41,285 nucleotides of DNA from a virus. Its lineage: Duplodnaviria > Caudoviricetes. The notes beneath the pieces are model-generated. The model worked only from the letters and a program-made list of their open reading frames with translations, was not told the origin of the DNA and made no database searches. Of this stretch, positions 18,401 through 27,634 are shown in pieces; the stretch's first letter is position 1; each line of letters starts with the position of its first letter. Where the stretch lies: positions 1 through 41,285 of the IMG/VR virus record IMGVR_UViG_3300020403_000027; one strand, 5' to 3'. The translations under genes and the position numbers were made by a program.

Positions 18401-18573
18401 AAGATATGATCACCGAATCTAGAAACCTGGTCCTGCAATATAGATTGCATCTGCGTAAGCTCTCTAGCTTGAACAGCGAAACCAGGTCTAAATAAGATCC
18501 GATGAAAGTTTTTAGTTTTATCAAAATCATCATAATATGGTGCAATGTTAAAATTCGTTTTTACGCCTGACAC
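12427..18573 (-). CDS. Large virion structural protein, DUF4815/VrlC-like
   Basis: PYYDDFD..RILFRPGFAVQARELTQMQSILQ; LARRTYDESGSY; RRYTMRDIGKLEKRIENLEYYT; RFKNGILVDGF; DPMAQTF; terminal PKVSDLRAIAL. Confidence 0.88.
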   Translation of the reverse strand: MSGVKTNFNIAPYYDDFDKTKNFHRILFRPGFAVQARELTQMQSILQDQVSRFGDHIFKEGSKVFGGDVTLNTQVNSLKLESAFEDASINVTSFAGKTINGTTSGAKGLVILAEPLTVSDQPTLIFSKLGGGDFVDGETIATLEGTPVQANTVSLSGASGVQNAQNTASIASITEGCFYVSGFFVLNNAETVSLDKYNHLPTKRVGLTVTEEIIDPDDDSSILDNAQGTSNYAAPGGHRFKLSLKLSALDIVTTTIAADGTETTTSSTITEFAGEKFIELARMENGFKTSETKIPIYAELEKTLARRTYDESGSYTVRPFGIQLKPHVNGNNVLFSAGLEAGKAYVKGYEYESIATQYIDVERGRDTANVYDYIVASDYGNELYLNNVKGTFDISKHELVDLHCCPSASVNAMVNDTNALTKYNQTKMGTARVRSLDWEQADLTSSNTTHYHSVYASRLYDIRLDQTITGQVSGEGDNLTSFNVPDNITSFSNGAYNGATLTVNTTNGSTVTSDTVTIAEYVAIGSQHTITCNTSLSQKVLSNSTFTISFKFQDLGSLAIKHATIDQLNEANATHVIKTTSADVDKLSRFNNDPNGTAVLGKVSKNTLLYQLPFSPLETIPDGVSYNYKTFQTVSVPIAGTTTVSTASGSFVGSGLQAASTAKELFTVTVKTIDDSANPPIDVVTGDELTAGQVLNFDASTGRTATIDSATQTTLNLNSNSGAYQVEVISTIRTANATPRSKTLTVGNTTVIGSVSDISKGQVHFINPNKQAGKKDVLMISDVLNLVYVIDSGDPNLDVSTTMVQNIRDSVSTTASDVTSNYDLDTGQRDNFYDWASIILKPGSPAPTGRLLVIVDHFSNPALTPPIQDALAGYFSVASYAGDTSANTGYHYGLDGVKRKGFNFSAIPQYTSPTTGQEIELRDCLDFRPSRYSANNDKGANTTNDMTSNNSAIPASQLGSAGGTPDPEYTFQFNVNYYLGRKDKIVLSKDRQFKVLKGIPSLEPIAPPDDDDSMTLYTLTVPPYTFTTDDVKTKYIDNRRYTMRDIGKLEKRIENLEYYTALSMLEKEAAASSISGGSTQDSLFNPAGDRFKNGILVDGFKGHSIGDVVNTDYKVSIDIEKNELRPPYITDDYTFYLTGDSTSNNITHHMAGKEIVTLPYTYANLINQPLASGSKTINPFGLAQFTGGVKTFPDSDTWFDLQTRPEVLVNLEGVNDNWQFGAYRAGHGSQWDNWTKNWTGEQINPEPEISVSSAGDTSIGKRKAKLISQGKTLRGITSKNIPDSIKRSLGNKVTDISLTFFMRPHILASQSTKDDGRIYFVAKGLKPSTNVSVFFDGTNITSNCYPMPFVTLNNVDTSKHLITGETLSQGSNVAQVLLNSKTTAGGTATAYIKVVKAVDGNGDDSNLDQAFGSGSATILSSNSGINCVISNKTVPTKGQVDYMATNFAGEFAGIIDVPRGQVKTGERLLRIADRTIATTHNVSTAQMAAECTFHARGLVDGREPNSVSVRPSTSRREDVQNENVITSPTNRIESSSAWMDPMAQTFIVNKSRFPEGCFVKSVDLWFRQKATANSSTPQPPVTVQLRPIINGYPSSGTILPFGEAVLRPEEINAQTGAPDASNSSHYTTFEFPAPVYLPGDEYALVVLSNSSEYQLFTAEQGLSPLSATSISPTIRIPKQPNVETLYLPTNAGMPQQSPGEALMMRVNRCDFTTTNAGNLILMSNSSSQSAASANVMIDAYKFNTSMMLFDSSTVTTAYKTTNTSGSYSTTNYVAGERDKNVTLDERMIMQANTANSFSAHVTIRSTSKLVSPMIDTTRFHLTTIENDVDNAVLSNSQIYIVNAGTNHTSSAVATVSGGGGTGATVSLTVAAGAITAATVTNGGSGYTGTPTLTITDTGHTGDNFANVVISSELDAQGGPINAKYITRKVNLEDGFEAEDLKVIVNAYKPESATIVAYAKVLSPDDSASFDDRDYILLEQETPASSHSLNEDDYREYIFKSSGDSIDYTDDNGTNYKKFKTFAVKLALLSTSTTNVPKVSDLRAIALDE

Positions 18574-18594
18574 TTATAACCTTATTCTAAAGTA

Positions 18595-20319
18595 TTAGAA
18601 GTTTATGATCAACTTTACATCTTCAATCTGGTCACTTGCTCTTGAAATTGGCGATCTGTTTTCAACATACAAGATATCACCGGTATATGGTTTCAAGTCT
18701 GGTCCTTCAATGGCACTTGTGTTAGCTGTTGTTGCACCACCTGAAATAGTTAATGCTTCGTTAGCTTGAAATGAACCAGGGCTACTATCCCATCCATTAG
18801 AACTATTAGCACCTTTAGTAATTTGAGTTAATCTCAATTTACTTGTTCCAGGAGTCCAATCTACAACTCTACCTGTTGCACCTGATAATGCTCCAGTTAC
18901 TAAGGTATCTGAAGTATAAGCAGAACCTGAGAAGGACTGAACAGTAATTCTAAGCGCTTGGTCAGCTAATGACATAGTAGCAGCTGTACTAAGATCTGCT
19001 CCATTAGAAGTATTAGCAGCATTAGGATGTGAGATCAAACCAATTTTTCTAAAATCGTTTGATACGGTAAATTCTCCTGACTCATCATTTTCGAGCCTTA
19101 CGTTTACCATTACATTATAACCACCTAATTCTTCAACAGCATCAAAACCGTGACCACCTTTAGGTTCAATAACAGCTTGTACTGCTGCATCATCTTGATT
19201 ATGAGAAGAATTAGCAAGGATATTTACAATAGCATTTGTATATCCTGAACCAGCCGCTATAGTAATAACTTCGGTTAAACCTTCATTATTAGTTCCGTTA
19301 GCTCTCGCATTTGCATTTTTACCATCACCTAAGATTTGTAATCTTGGGGCAATCTGATAACCATCACCATCTGCTGGAGCTGAACTTACTGCAGGAGCAA
19401 AAGTAACGATCTTTGTAGTGCCGTTATAAGCAGTAATAGTTCCGCCTTGACCTTCTGCATCTCCAGAAGTAAAGAAAATATCAGAACCTACAAAAATATC
19501 ATTTTCAGCACTAGATGTTTGTAAAATACGAACTGATGTTGTAGTAGGTGAACTTCCACTTCCAAATCCATTATTAATAGTACTTGTCTCAAATAAAAGT
19601 CTTTCACCAGCAACTGATCCGTTAGCTGTTTTTCTAAAAATATTAATAGCACCATCTACAGCCGCGTTTTCAACTGCTCTTTGTAATGTATTTTCCTGAG
19701 TAGCAGCTGCCATTACAGTGTTTTGAAAACGTACTTGTTGTACTGGAATATAATTAGTTGTTACGAACTTTAAAGCAGAAGCAGCAGAAATGGTATACAT
19801 ATACTTCCACTTATATCCGTCCGAACCTGGAGTTACAATAGCGGTAGATTGACCTGTTGGTTTTGCTGTGCTATTTCCTCCACCGTTATTATTTGCAAGA
19901 CATTTATAAACATTGTATTCATCTGTCATTACATAAAAGGTGTTTGCTAACATAGCATTCTGAGTATTATCATACGCAAAATAAGCTGTGTTGTTAGCCC
20001 AGTTATATCTAGGAATACAAAACGTTACATCGGTAGTCACAACCTTTTTGGCTGCGATCATGTCTTTCCAATGATTATAATAAGTATTTGATACGGAATC
20101 GGTTGGTGTAGGAGGAGTTGTATCTGAGTCAGCTGCTGCCGCGCCTGATACACCGTCCCATGCCTGGATACCACCGATAAAAAGATACATATTAGATTCT
20201 AAATACGTATCGCCCGCTGCAGTGTTCGCAAAAGTAGTAAAGCCAGCGTCCTCATCGAACGACTCTCTAAACTGCCTTGCATTGAACATTCTGAATTTAT
20301 TTGTTACTAAAGCTGGCAT
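18595..20319 (-). CDS. gp8: Baseplate wedge protein (gp8-like)
   Basis: FYVMTDEYNVYKCL, DGYKWKYMYTI, GGHGFDAVEELG, NDFRKIGLI, GDILYVENRSPISRASDQIEDVKLIINF. Confidence 0.9.
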   Translation of the reverse strand: MPALVTNKFRMFNARQFRESFDEDAGFTTFANTAAGDTYLESNMYLFIGGIQAWDGVSGAAAADSDTTPPTPTDSVSNTYYNHWKDMIAAKKVVTTDVTFCIPRYNWANNTAYFAYDNTQNAMLANTFYVMTDEYNVYKCLANNNGGGNSTAKPTGQSTAIVTPGSDGYKWKYMYTISAASALKFVTTNYIPVQQVRFQNTVMAAATQENTLQRAVENAAVDGAINIFRKTANGSVAGERLLFETSTINNGFGSGSSPTTTSVRILQTSSAENDIFVGSDIFFTSGDAEGQGGTITAYNGTTKIVTFAPAVSSAPADGDGYQIAPRLQILGDGKNANARANGTNNEGLTEVITIAAGSGYTNAIVNILANSSHNQDDAAVQAVIEPKGGHGFDAVEELGGYNVMVNVRLENDESGEFTVSNDFRKIGLISHPNAANTSNGADLSTAATMSLADQALRITVQSFSGSAYTSDTLVTGALSGATGRVVDWTPGTSKLRLTQITKGANSSNGWDSSPGSFQANEALTISGGATTANTSAIEGPDLKPYTGDILYVENRSPISRASDQIEDVKLIINF

Positions 20320-20346
20320 TTCGATAACTCCAATCTTTTATTATTG

Positions 20347-23300
20347 TTACTCTAATACTACATGTTGAGCTACGCTGTCCTGTAGTCCTTCCGGGAAATA
20401 CGTACCATCGCGCTCATGTACATTAAAATTTTCTGTGGTTAAATTACCCACAATATATTTAGCATCAAATCTGCTATATATATTTATTCGTTTGTCTACA
20501 CTACCACTATTTATAAGGTCTTCGTATATGAGAAAATTGCTTTCTGCTTTTAATTTACCCATTAAAGAAGTAGTACTTGTATAATCTCCATCGGATGGAG
20601 GTAAACCATCCTCAAGTAAAATTTCATCTCCTGCATCTGAATCACCATTGCTATAAGTAGGTGCTGTTACAAAAAGATTATCACCTACTGCAATAAAGTT
20701 TGATGAACCATCCCAAGCTACATCCATCATAATCTTATCAGTTAAGTTAGAATCTTCTTCCATTATAGTCCAAGTAGCACCATGATCTTTAGATGCTAAG
20801 ATTACATCAACTCCTACCGCAAAAACAGTACCTCCATAATACTTAACATTGAAAAGACGATTATTACTTAACCCTGCAGGTGTTTTATCAGTAAAGGAAC
20901 CTGTAATATCAGATCCAACTGCTATGAATCCATCAGTTCCTCCATTATCATGACCTACAATAATCCAATTAGTTCCTGTATATACTATTCCTCTTGGCTG
21001 TATACCAGCTAGTATGTCACTAGTTCTTGTAGTCCAACTAGTTCCGAAGTTAGAAGAATAATTAATAAAATGATGTGTACTAGTATATGAACCTGTTACC
21101 CAATATTCTGTACCTCCTTGATTACCATAAGCAAGTGCGTACATATTTTGAGATCCAATCTGCGCTAATCCTCCAGACCATGTAGATCCTCCATCAGAGG
21201 ATTTTCTTATTGTACCTGCAACTCCTGCCGCCATTATTTTTCTACTACCTTCAGTAGAATTACCATCTGAAGTTATACTTGTGGTGTATGTTGTTCCTGA
21301 GAATATTGATGTCCAAGATGTTCCGTTAGTTGATTTATATAAGTTGTCCGTAACGGTTAAGTAAAAAGTATCAGTGCTATAATCAACTTTTCTATTTCCT
21401 AAAGTTAAAGTACTATCAGTAAAATCTAGTCTCTCTGTCCAGGTATCTCCATCAGTTGATGAAAATAATTTTCTATCATCACATGCTACAAAAATATTTG
21501 AACCATAAGCAAGCTTCAAATCATCAGCAGTGTCACCGGAAGCACTTCCTGGTAGATCAGATGAGCTATCTCCTGTAAAGTCTAAGGAAGGATCAGCTGC
21601 AGCCGGGCCAGTAAGTAATAATCCATCATCATCTTCCATTATAATATTAATATCATCAAATAATACAGTGTCACCATTTAATATATTTTCAACCGGTGTT
21701 GAATTTTGAGGAATCTGTGCTTCTATCTGTAAATGTCTATACTCATCTATAATACTATCAAAGGTAATATCACCAACAGCTGGAACAACTGAAACTTGAG
21801 AATAATGTGGGAAAGGCCAAGTAGCCTTAGTCTCATCCCAAGATGGTGAATACGTACCATGAACTGGTGTATTAGCTGTTATATAAACTTCTTGTTCTGT
21901 TCCTCTTTGTCTAGCAGCTGTTTTACCTATTACATTTAAAGGATGATTACTATGCTGTACTGCTGTTCCTTTTATAGATGCATCCTGATAGTCCACGTAA
22001 AGTGTTAAATCGTTAGACCAAGTAAAAGTTTCTGATCCTCCTTGATAGAAAGTAGCCATTTCTATTGTCTGACCTTTTACTGCTACTTCTACCCATTCGT
22101 GTTGTGATACCGATGATCTTGCTATTCCTAATAAAGAATGAACTCCATCTAATTGAGGTTTAGCAGTTCCGTCGCTCTCACAAAATACTTTCTGCACTTT
22201 ACCATTACTCATTAATCCAACTACTTGTCCTTCAGATATGGCTTCGTGAGCTTGATATAAGTATCTCTGCCATTTAGGAAAGGAAAGTTCTAAACCATCT
22301 TTAGAGTTTGCTTTTCCTAATTTTACTCTATCTAAACTATCAACAGATGTAACTGTAGGAGGTGTTGTTGTAATATAATCTCCATGAGATGAATTAGCAC
22401 TATAATTAGGATAATATTCTGCTCCTGGAGTTAACTCAAATACTCTTTCTTCTATTGAATTTGTATCTCTTACTTCAACAAATTCACCAACAGCTGCATC
22501 TGATTGTGCTATACCTAGTAATGAATGTACATAATTTATTCTTGGAAAAAGAACATTAGCTGTATGATAGACTTGTTGTATAGTACCGTCAGTTCTTAAT
22601 CCAACAACATGACCTGCTTTAACAGGAGCTACAGCTACTTCAAATTTATTATCACCTCTTAGAATATTATTAACTCTTATATCTTTTGGTCTCACATAAG
22701 ATTGACCATATTCATAATGAGGATCTCCGTAAACACCTCTTGTATCCAAATAACTTGTATCTACATTTAAGCTTGGTAATTCTACTTCTGCAAAATTATT
22801 CGCTGTTGTAATTGTTCTATCAACAGTAATATTTGGCTGGACTATATGTGTATCTTTATCATCAGTTCTATCTGCTACTACGTAAGTACTTACTCCTGTT
22901 AAATTAGGCATTGAACCAGTAATCATTCTTACAGGAAAGATTGGATTTTTCCAAAGTACTGTTCCCTGAATTTGAAGATTAGCAACAGAATCAGGATCAA
23001 TAGTTACTTCACCAAAGCTAATATGAGTACTAATAGTAGGCATTACAAAAGTACCATCTGGAGATCTATACTTTCCTAATATACCTAATTCAACTATTGG
23101 ATCATATTTTACATCTACATAAGTAGCAAGTGATGTTAAGTTTGGTAAGGAAGCAGTTGCCATTCTAACTGGTAATGTAGGCTCTTTCCAACTTACAACT
23201 GTAACAACATGTTGATTAACTGCTTTCTCAATAGTTTCTTCACCGTAACTTACATGAGTAGTTACTAATGGCATAGTCACATTACCATCTGGTGAAGTAT

Positions 23301-26300
23301 ATTTTCCTAAAATTCCTAGCTCTACATTATGCTCTATACCACCATTTCTGGTATTAGGATTACTTCCCATTCCCCATGTACCAGGTCTTTGAGCATAGTC
23401 TTCTGGCCCAAATGGAGCTTTAGCACTTTCATTACCAATTCTTTCAACATGATATTCAAGTAAAGCATTAGGGTACCAAGGAGCTACTAAAACACTTTCG
23501 TTCTTAGTATTAGTTCTATCTTCCTCTGGGCCACCTATTAGTCCGGTCTCTGCAGTATATCCTATTCCATTTAGAATAGCTGTATTACCAGTAAGACCTG
23601 TAGTACCTAATGTACCTGTTCTTCCTAAGTGAAAAGCAAAGTTCTTCTTAGTAGTATCAGCTCCCAATCCAATAGTAAGTGGATCCAAGAATTGAATCTT
23701 ATAATTATGCAAGAAGGAAGAATCAAAATTAATTTGACCATCTACTGAAGTATAAGGAGATTGACTCGTTCCATTGTTTCTCATATCTGGATCAATAGGA
23801 CCATATTGAGTTACAAATGATGGAGTTCTATCAGCATAAATTTCGTAAAATTGTAATGTTTCGGATTGAGCAGTTTGAGTTACATTAATTTCATTTACAA
23901 TAGCAATCTCACCAAATACAGCCCATCCAGCTGGATGAACAAATGATCTTACTATATCTCTAAACGTACCTATCTGTACATCTGATTTAAGAATATAAGA
24001 AAAGTCTTGATAATAATATGAATCCTGAATTCTAATAATATCACTTAACATTCCAAGTTTGTTTGCGAATCTACCTTCATATTGTGTTAAAGCAGTTCTA
24101 TTAGCTTGAAATGTTGCATTATTATCACCTGTAGGAGCAGTAATTACTGGAGCTGTACTATAATTTACTCCAGCTTCAGCAACAATAACTGATTTAATGG
24201 CCCCTGTTTTTAAAGCACCAGATTTTAAGGTAGCGTTATTTCCATAACTTTCAAGTAATTCATATTGAAAAGTATTAGATGCAGCTGTATTAGCAGATCT
24301 TAAACCGCTTAATGAAATCATAGTTTCACCAGCAGTAAAAGAAGTATCATCTAATATCATAAAATCGCCAGGATTATCAGCTGCGTTAAATCCTTCTAAT
24401 TCTATTCTACCACTTGTAGCAGTATTAATTATTTCTAACTTATCTACATGAACTATAAAATCAGAAACAGTAGCAGTATTTGCATAAAGGTAAAGAGCAT
24501 GGTACTGATTAGTAGGATGGGTAGTGAATTTTCCTTGATATGTGTAAATAGTATTTGCGACTGTATTGGATGTAGAAGATTGTAAAACAATTTGTGATAA
24601 TCCTGCATTAGGTCCTACACTTATAAAGTTGTTATCACTTACTGAACTTCCATATCTTAATTCTGCTGTTGTAAAAATGTTATTAGATCTAAAACTTATT
24701 CTACCAATATATTCTGTCCCGGTAGTTAAAGAAGTTTCATATGCTCCACCAGAACCACTATTTAACCCTTTTAATCCTACATACAATTCTTTTTGTTGTT
24801 GTACAGTTACTTTACCGCTATAACTTCCATAGATAGTATTTGATGATTCAATAGACATTGAATTGTTGCCTGCATCACCTGATTGACTATCATAAGTAAC
24901 ATTTGCGTTTGATCCATCAACAGATACAGTAACTGCTCCTCCTACCATTGCAGAAGAAAAAGTATAAAGTCCGTTAGTATTATCTTCAAATGTTCCGAAA
25001 TTATTTTGAATAATACTTGTATCTTCTAGAGCTATTTGTGTATCTACTTCTTGTACTTTCATAGTACTATGAGTTGAATTAGCTGTAGAATTTATATAAG
25101 GCTGAATTACTTTAACTTTTTTACCTGATGTCTGTCCTATAAGAGATTCACCTAATCTATATTTACCTTCTATATTTTCTGCAAAGTTAAGATATACTAA
25201 TTCACCAGTATTTTTTCCTGTAATAGGATCTTCAAATTCAAAATTTTCTTTACCTAGAATTGATTGATTAGTTGCTTCATATCTAGGGCCTTTTATATAA
25301 TCAATACCGGTCGTAATCACCTGAACATTAGATATTGATCCAAATGGAGTAAATGTAAATCTTGTTCCTCCATAGTATTGATCAATAGTATAAGTTCCAT
25401 CTCCTAATTGATTATCCTCAATTTCAAAATGACTTGCTTTTGTAATTGTAGCTATTCTAAAGATATCGCTTTTACCAGGTACTGCTGTTGCGTTAGAACT
25501 ATAAAAAAGAGATACATTACTATTTTCAACAAAGTTAGGAACTGTACCTGATTCTAAAGTATAAACAAAAGCTGAAGAGTTAACTGATGGACCGGCTATA
25601 GTTCCTTTTGCTCCAGTCTTAGAATCATAAAGATAAAAACCTGGTTGTATATCATCTTCAAATGCAACAGTTGCAATAAGAACATTGTCTCCTGCATCTG
25701 CAGAACCATCTGTACTATCTAATAATAATTTACCATCACCTTCTTCAAGTAAGATATTTGCTCCACCTGCTCCAGTATCTTGATTAGTAACAGTTGCTAC
25801 GAATGTAGTTGTATTACTTGAACTAAAATGTGTGTTAATATTTTCTGGATATCTTACTGCTCCAACATCATCAACCGAAAATGAAACTGCATTTAAGAAA
25901 ATAGGAGATGATGCTATTCCACCATTGGCAGTATGAATAACTTTGTCAATAGTTGAATTAGATGATCTTACATTACCTGTTAAAATTATATTTCTAATAG
26001 CACCAGTATGATTAGTTCCTTGAGTACCAGTACTATCTACTATTAATTCTTCTCCACCTAAATAACCATTTCCTCCATCATCTATAATAATATCAGTTAT
26101 AGCACCATTAGCAGTTGAACCAACTCTAGCTACCGCACCTCTTCCAGCACCTCCAACAATATTTAACTCATCATTTACATTATAGCCAGTTCCTGAACTA
26201 ACTACAGTAATTCCTCCTATAACACCAATATTTGTAGCTTTTGATGATCCAGCAGGAAATCCCATTGCTTGAATATCAGGGTTAGATCTTGTACTACCCA

Positions 26301-27627
26301 TTAATTGATCATCGAAAAAAGCTTCTATAGTAGCTACTGTCTCATCAGGTAAAAAATCATTATACTGATCAAAACGAGAGTCATAACCTCTCTGATAATC
26401 TGTCAAGAATAATTCTGTTACAGCAGTAGTCCCATCAACATAAGAAATTAAGTTATCTACAGTTGCGGTTGCTTTTGATTGTTCACCTTTTATTATCTTA
26501 CTTCCGAATTCATCTGGTGCGACAGCAGAACCAGTATAAACTTTAATTGATTTAGGAGCTCTCCATTCACCTTCTGAAGGTCTTAATAATCTAGTTTTTG
26601 GATATACAAATTCTAGATTTTCATTACCATATACTGTTCTCCATAACCATCTAAAAGATTCTTCTGTACCTCTTGCTCTATAAATATCTCTAGCTGTTTT
26701 AATAGCTTGTCTTAAATCACCAACTGAACTAAAAGGAATATTTGTTAAAAAGTCATCTCTGAATTTTTGCAGCATATAATTATCTGCTTCATCAACATTA
26801 GAAGCTAAATCTAAATCAGCTGCTCCTCTGAGAGGATTTTTTAATAAATCAGTTTCGGTTTTCTTAATATAAGCGCAAGCTCTTGATCTTTTACCTCTTA
26901 ATTTTTCACCATGTATTAACTGCTTTCTATTAAAAGGTCTAGCATATAACATATGAGGTGTTGTATTACCATGAACTGCTACACCTGCTTGTTGTGCTCC
27001 AGTTACTATGAGCTCTGTTCCTGAAGTTTCACCGACAACTATTTCCCCAATTATAAAAGTTGAGTTAGAATCTCTTTCTGATTCAACTATAATTTCATCG
27101 TAGGTTCCTTCTTCACCTGCAGTTAAATCTACAGTTTCTAATACTATTCTATCATTTGCTGTATATAAAGTATATGAACCTGTAGGAGCATCTTGAGTAC
27201 CAATACCATAATTTAATCCATTAGGTCCGCCTTTTACAGGCATGTAAAATTTTCTACCTAATAGTTCTTCAAATTCTATTTCATAAACTACTCCAGCACT
27301 GTCTGATACATCTAATGCTGGTTGCTTATTTGCATAAAGAGGAAAGAAATGACCTTCTTGGGCTCCTATTTCTACACTTTCATTTCCGTCAGATGGTACA
27401 TAGAGAGTTTCACCTTGATCAATAGCTGTACCTTTAAAATAAAAAGCAGTATTAGGATCTTCTTGAACTATATTATATTCATCAAGTTCTAAATTTTCAT
27501 ATTGAATTTCATAAGATTCTAAAAATTCAAAATACTTTGTCATAAAAAGAGGAAGGTTACTACCTTCCTCTGTAAAAAATGACGGTAGTTGATTCTGTAT
27601 AATCTCAGATATTCTATTATCAGCCAC
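20347..27627 (-). CDS. gp7: Baseplate wedge initiator (gp7-like) with large insertions and C-terminal extension
   Basis: IQNQLPSF..FMTKYFEFLE; DIYRARGTEESFRWLWR; IQDSYYYQDFSYILKS..VHPAGWAVFGE; lies between gp6 and gp8. Confidence 0.82.
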   Translation of the reverse strand: MADNRISEIIQNQLPSFFTEEGSNLPLFMTKYFEFLESYEIQYENLELDEYNIVQEDPNTAFYFKGTAIDQGETLYVPSDGNESVEIGAQEGHFFPLYANKQPALDVSDSAGVVYEIEFEELLGRKFYMPVKGGPNGLNYGIGTQDAPTGSYTLYTANDRIVLETVDLTAGEEGTYDEIIVESERDSNSTFIIGEIVVGETSGTELIVTGAQQAGVAVHGNTTPHMLYARPFNRKQLIHGEKLRGKRSRACAYIKKTETDLLKNPLRGAADLDLASNVDEADNYMLQKFRDDFLTNIPFSSVGDLRQAIKTARDIYRARGTEESFRWLWRTVYGNENLEFVYPKTRLLRPSEGEWRAPKSIKVYTGSAVAPDEFGSKIIKGEQSKATATVDNLISYVDGTTAVTELFLTDYQRGYDSRFDQYNDFLPDETVATIEAFFDDQLMGSTRSNPDIQAMGFPAGSSKATNIGVIGGITVVSSGTGYNVNDELNIVGGAGRGAVARVGSTANGAITDIIIDDGGNGYLGGEELIVDSTGTQGTNHTGAIRNIILTGNVRSSNSTIDKVIHTANGGIASSPIFLNAVSFSVDDVGAVRYPENINTHFSSSNTTTFVATVTNQDTGAGGANILLEEGDGKLLLDSTDGSADAGDNVLIATVAFEDDIQPGFYLYDSKTGAKGTIAGPSVNSSAFVYTLESGTVPNFVENSNVSLFYSSNATAVPGKSDIFRIATITKASHFEIEDNQLGDGTYTIDQYYGGTRFTFTPFGSISNVQVITTGIDYIKGPRYEATNQSILGKENFEFEDPITGKNTGELVYLNFAENIEGKYRLGESLIGQTSGKKVKVIQPYINSTANSTHSTMKVQEVDTQIALEDTSIIQNNFGTFEDNTNGLYTFSSAMVGGAVTVSVDGSNANVTYDSQSGDAGNNSMSIESSNTIYGSYSGKVTVQQQKELYVGLKGLNSGSGGAYETSLTTGTEYIGRISFRSNNIFTTAELRYGSSVSDNNFISVGPNAGLSQIVLQSSTSNTVANTIYTYQGKFTTHPTNQYHALYLYANTATVSDFIVHVDKLEIINTATSGRIELEGFNAADNPGDFMILDDTSFTAGETMISLSGLRSANTAASNTFQYELLESYGNNATLKSGALKTGAIKSVIVAEAGVNYSTAPVITAPTGDNNATFQANRTALTQYEGRFANKLGMLSDIIRIQDSYYYQDFSYILKSDVQIGTFRDIVRSFVHPAGWAVFGEIAIVNEINVTQTAQSETLQFYEIYADRTPSFVTQYGPIDPDMRNNGTSQSPYTSVDGQINFDSSFLHNYKIQFLDPLTIGLGADTTKKNFAFHLGRTGTLGTTGLTGNTAILNGIGYTAETGLIGGPEEDRTNTKNESVLVAPWYPNALLEYHVERIGNESAKAPFGPEDYAQRPGTWGMGSNPNTRNGGIEHNVELGILGKYTSPDGNVTMPLVTTHVSYGEETIEKAVNQHVVTVVSWKEPTLPVRMATASLPNLTSLATYVDVKYDPIVELGILGKYRSPDGTFVMPTISTHISFGEVTIDPDSVANLQIQGTVLWKNPIFPVRMITGSMPNLTGVSTYVVADRTDDKDTHIVQPNITVDRTITTANNFAEVELPSLNVDTSYLDTRGVYGDPHYEYGQSYVRPKDIRVNNILRGDNKFEVAVAPVKAGHVVGLRTDGTIQQVYHTANVLFPRINYVHSLLGIAQSDAAVGEFVEVRDTNSIEERVFELTPGAEYYPNYSANSSHGDYITTTPPTVTSVDSLDRVKLGKANSKDGLELSFPKWQRYLYQAHEAISEGQVVGLMSNGKVQKVFCESDGTAKPQLDGVHSLLGIARSSVSQHEWVEVAVKGQTIEMATFYQGGSETFTWSNDLTLYVDYQDASIKGTAVQHSNHPLNVIGKTAARQRGTEQEVYITANTPVHGTYSPSWDETKATWPFPHYSQVSVVPAVGDITFDSIIDEYRHLQIEAQIPQNSTPVENILNGDTVLFDDINIIMEDDDGLLLTGPAAADPSLDFTGDSSSDLPGSASGDTADDLKLAYGSNIFVACDDRKLFSSTDGDTWTERLDFTDSTLTLGNRKVDYSTDTFYLTVTDNLYKSTNGTSWTSIFSGTTYTTSITSDGNSTEGSRKIMAAGVAGTIRKSSDGGSTWSGGLAQIGSQNMYALAYGNQGGTEYWVTGSYTSTHHFINYSSNFGTSWTTRTSDILAGIQPRGIVYTGTNWIIVGHDNGGTDGFIAVGSDITGSFTDKTPAGLSNNRLFNVKYYGGTVFAVGVDVILASKDHGATWTIMEEDSNLTDKIMMDVAWDGSSNFIAVGDNLFVTAPTYSNGDSDAGDEILLEDGLPPSDGDYTSTTSLMGKLKAESNFLIYEDLINSGSVDKRINIYSRFDAKYIVGNLTTENFNVHERDGTYFPEGLQDSVAQHVVLE

Positions 27628-27634
27628 TTATTCC

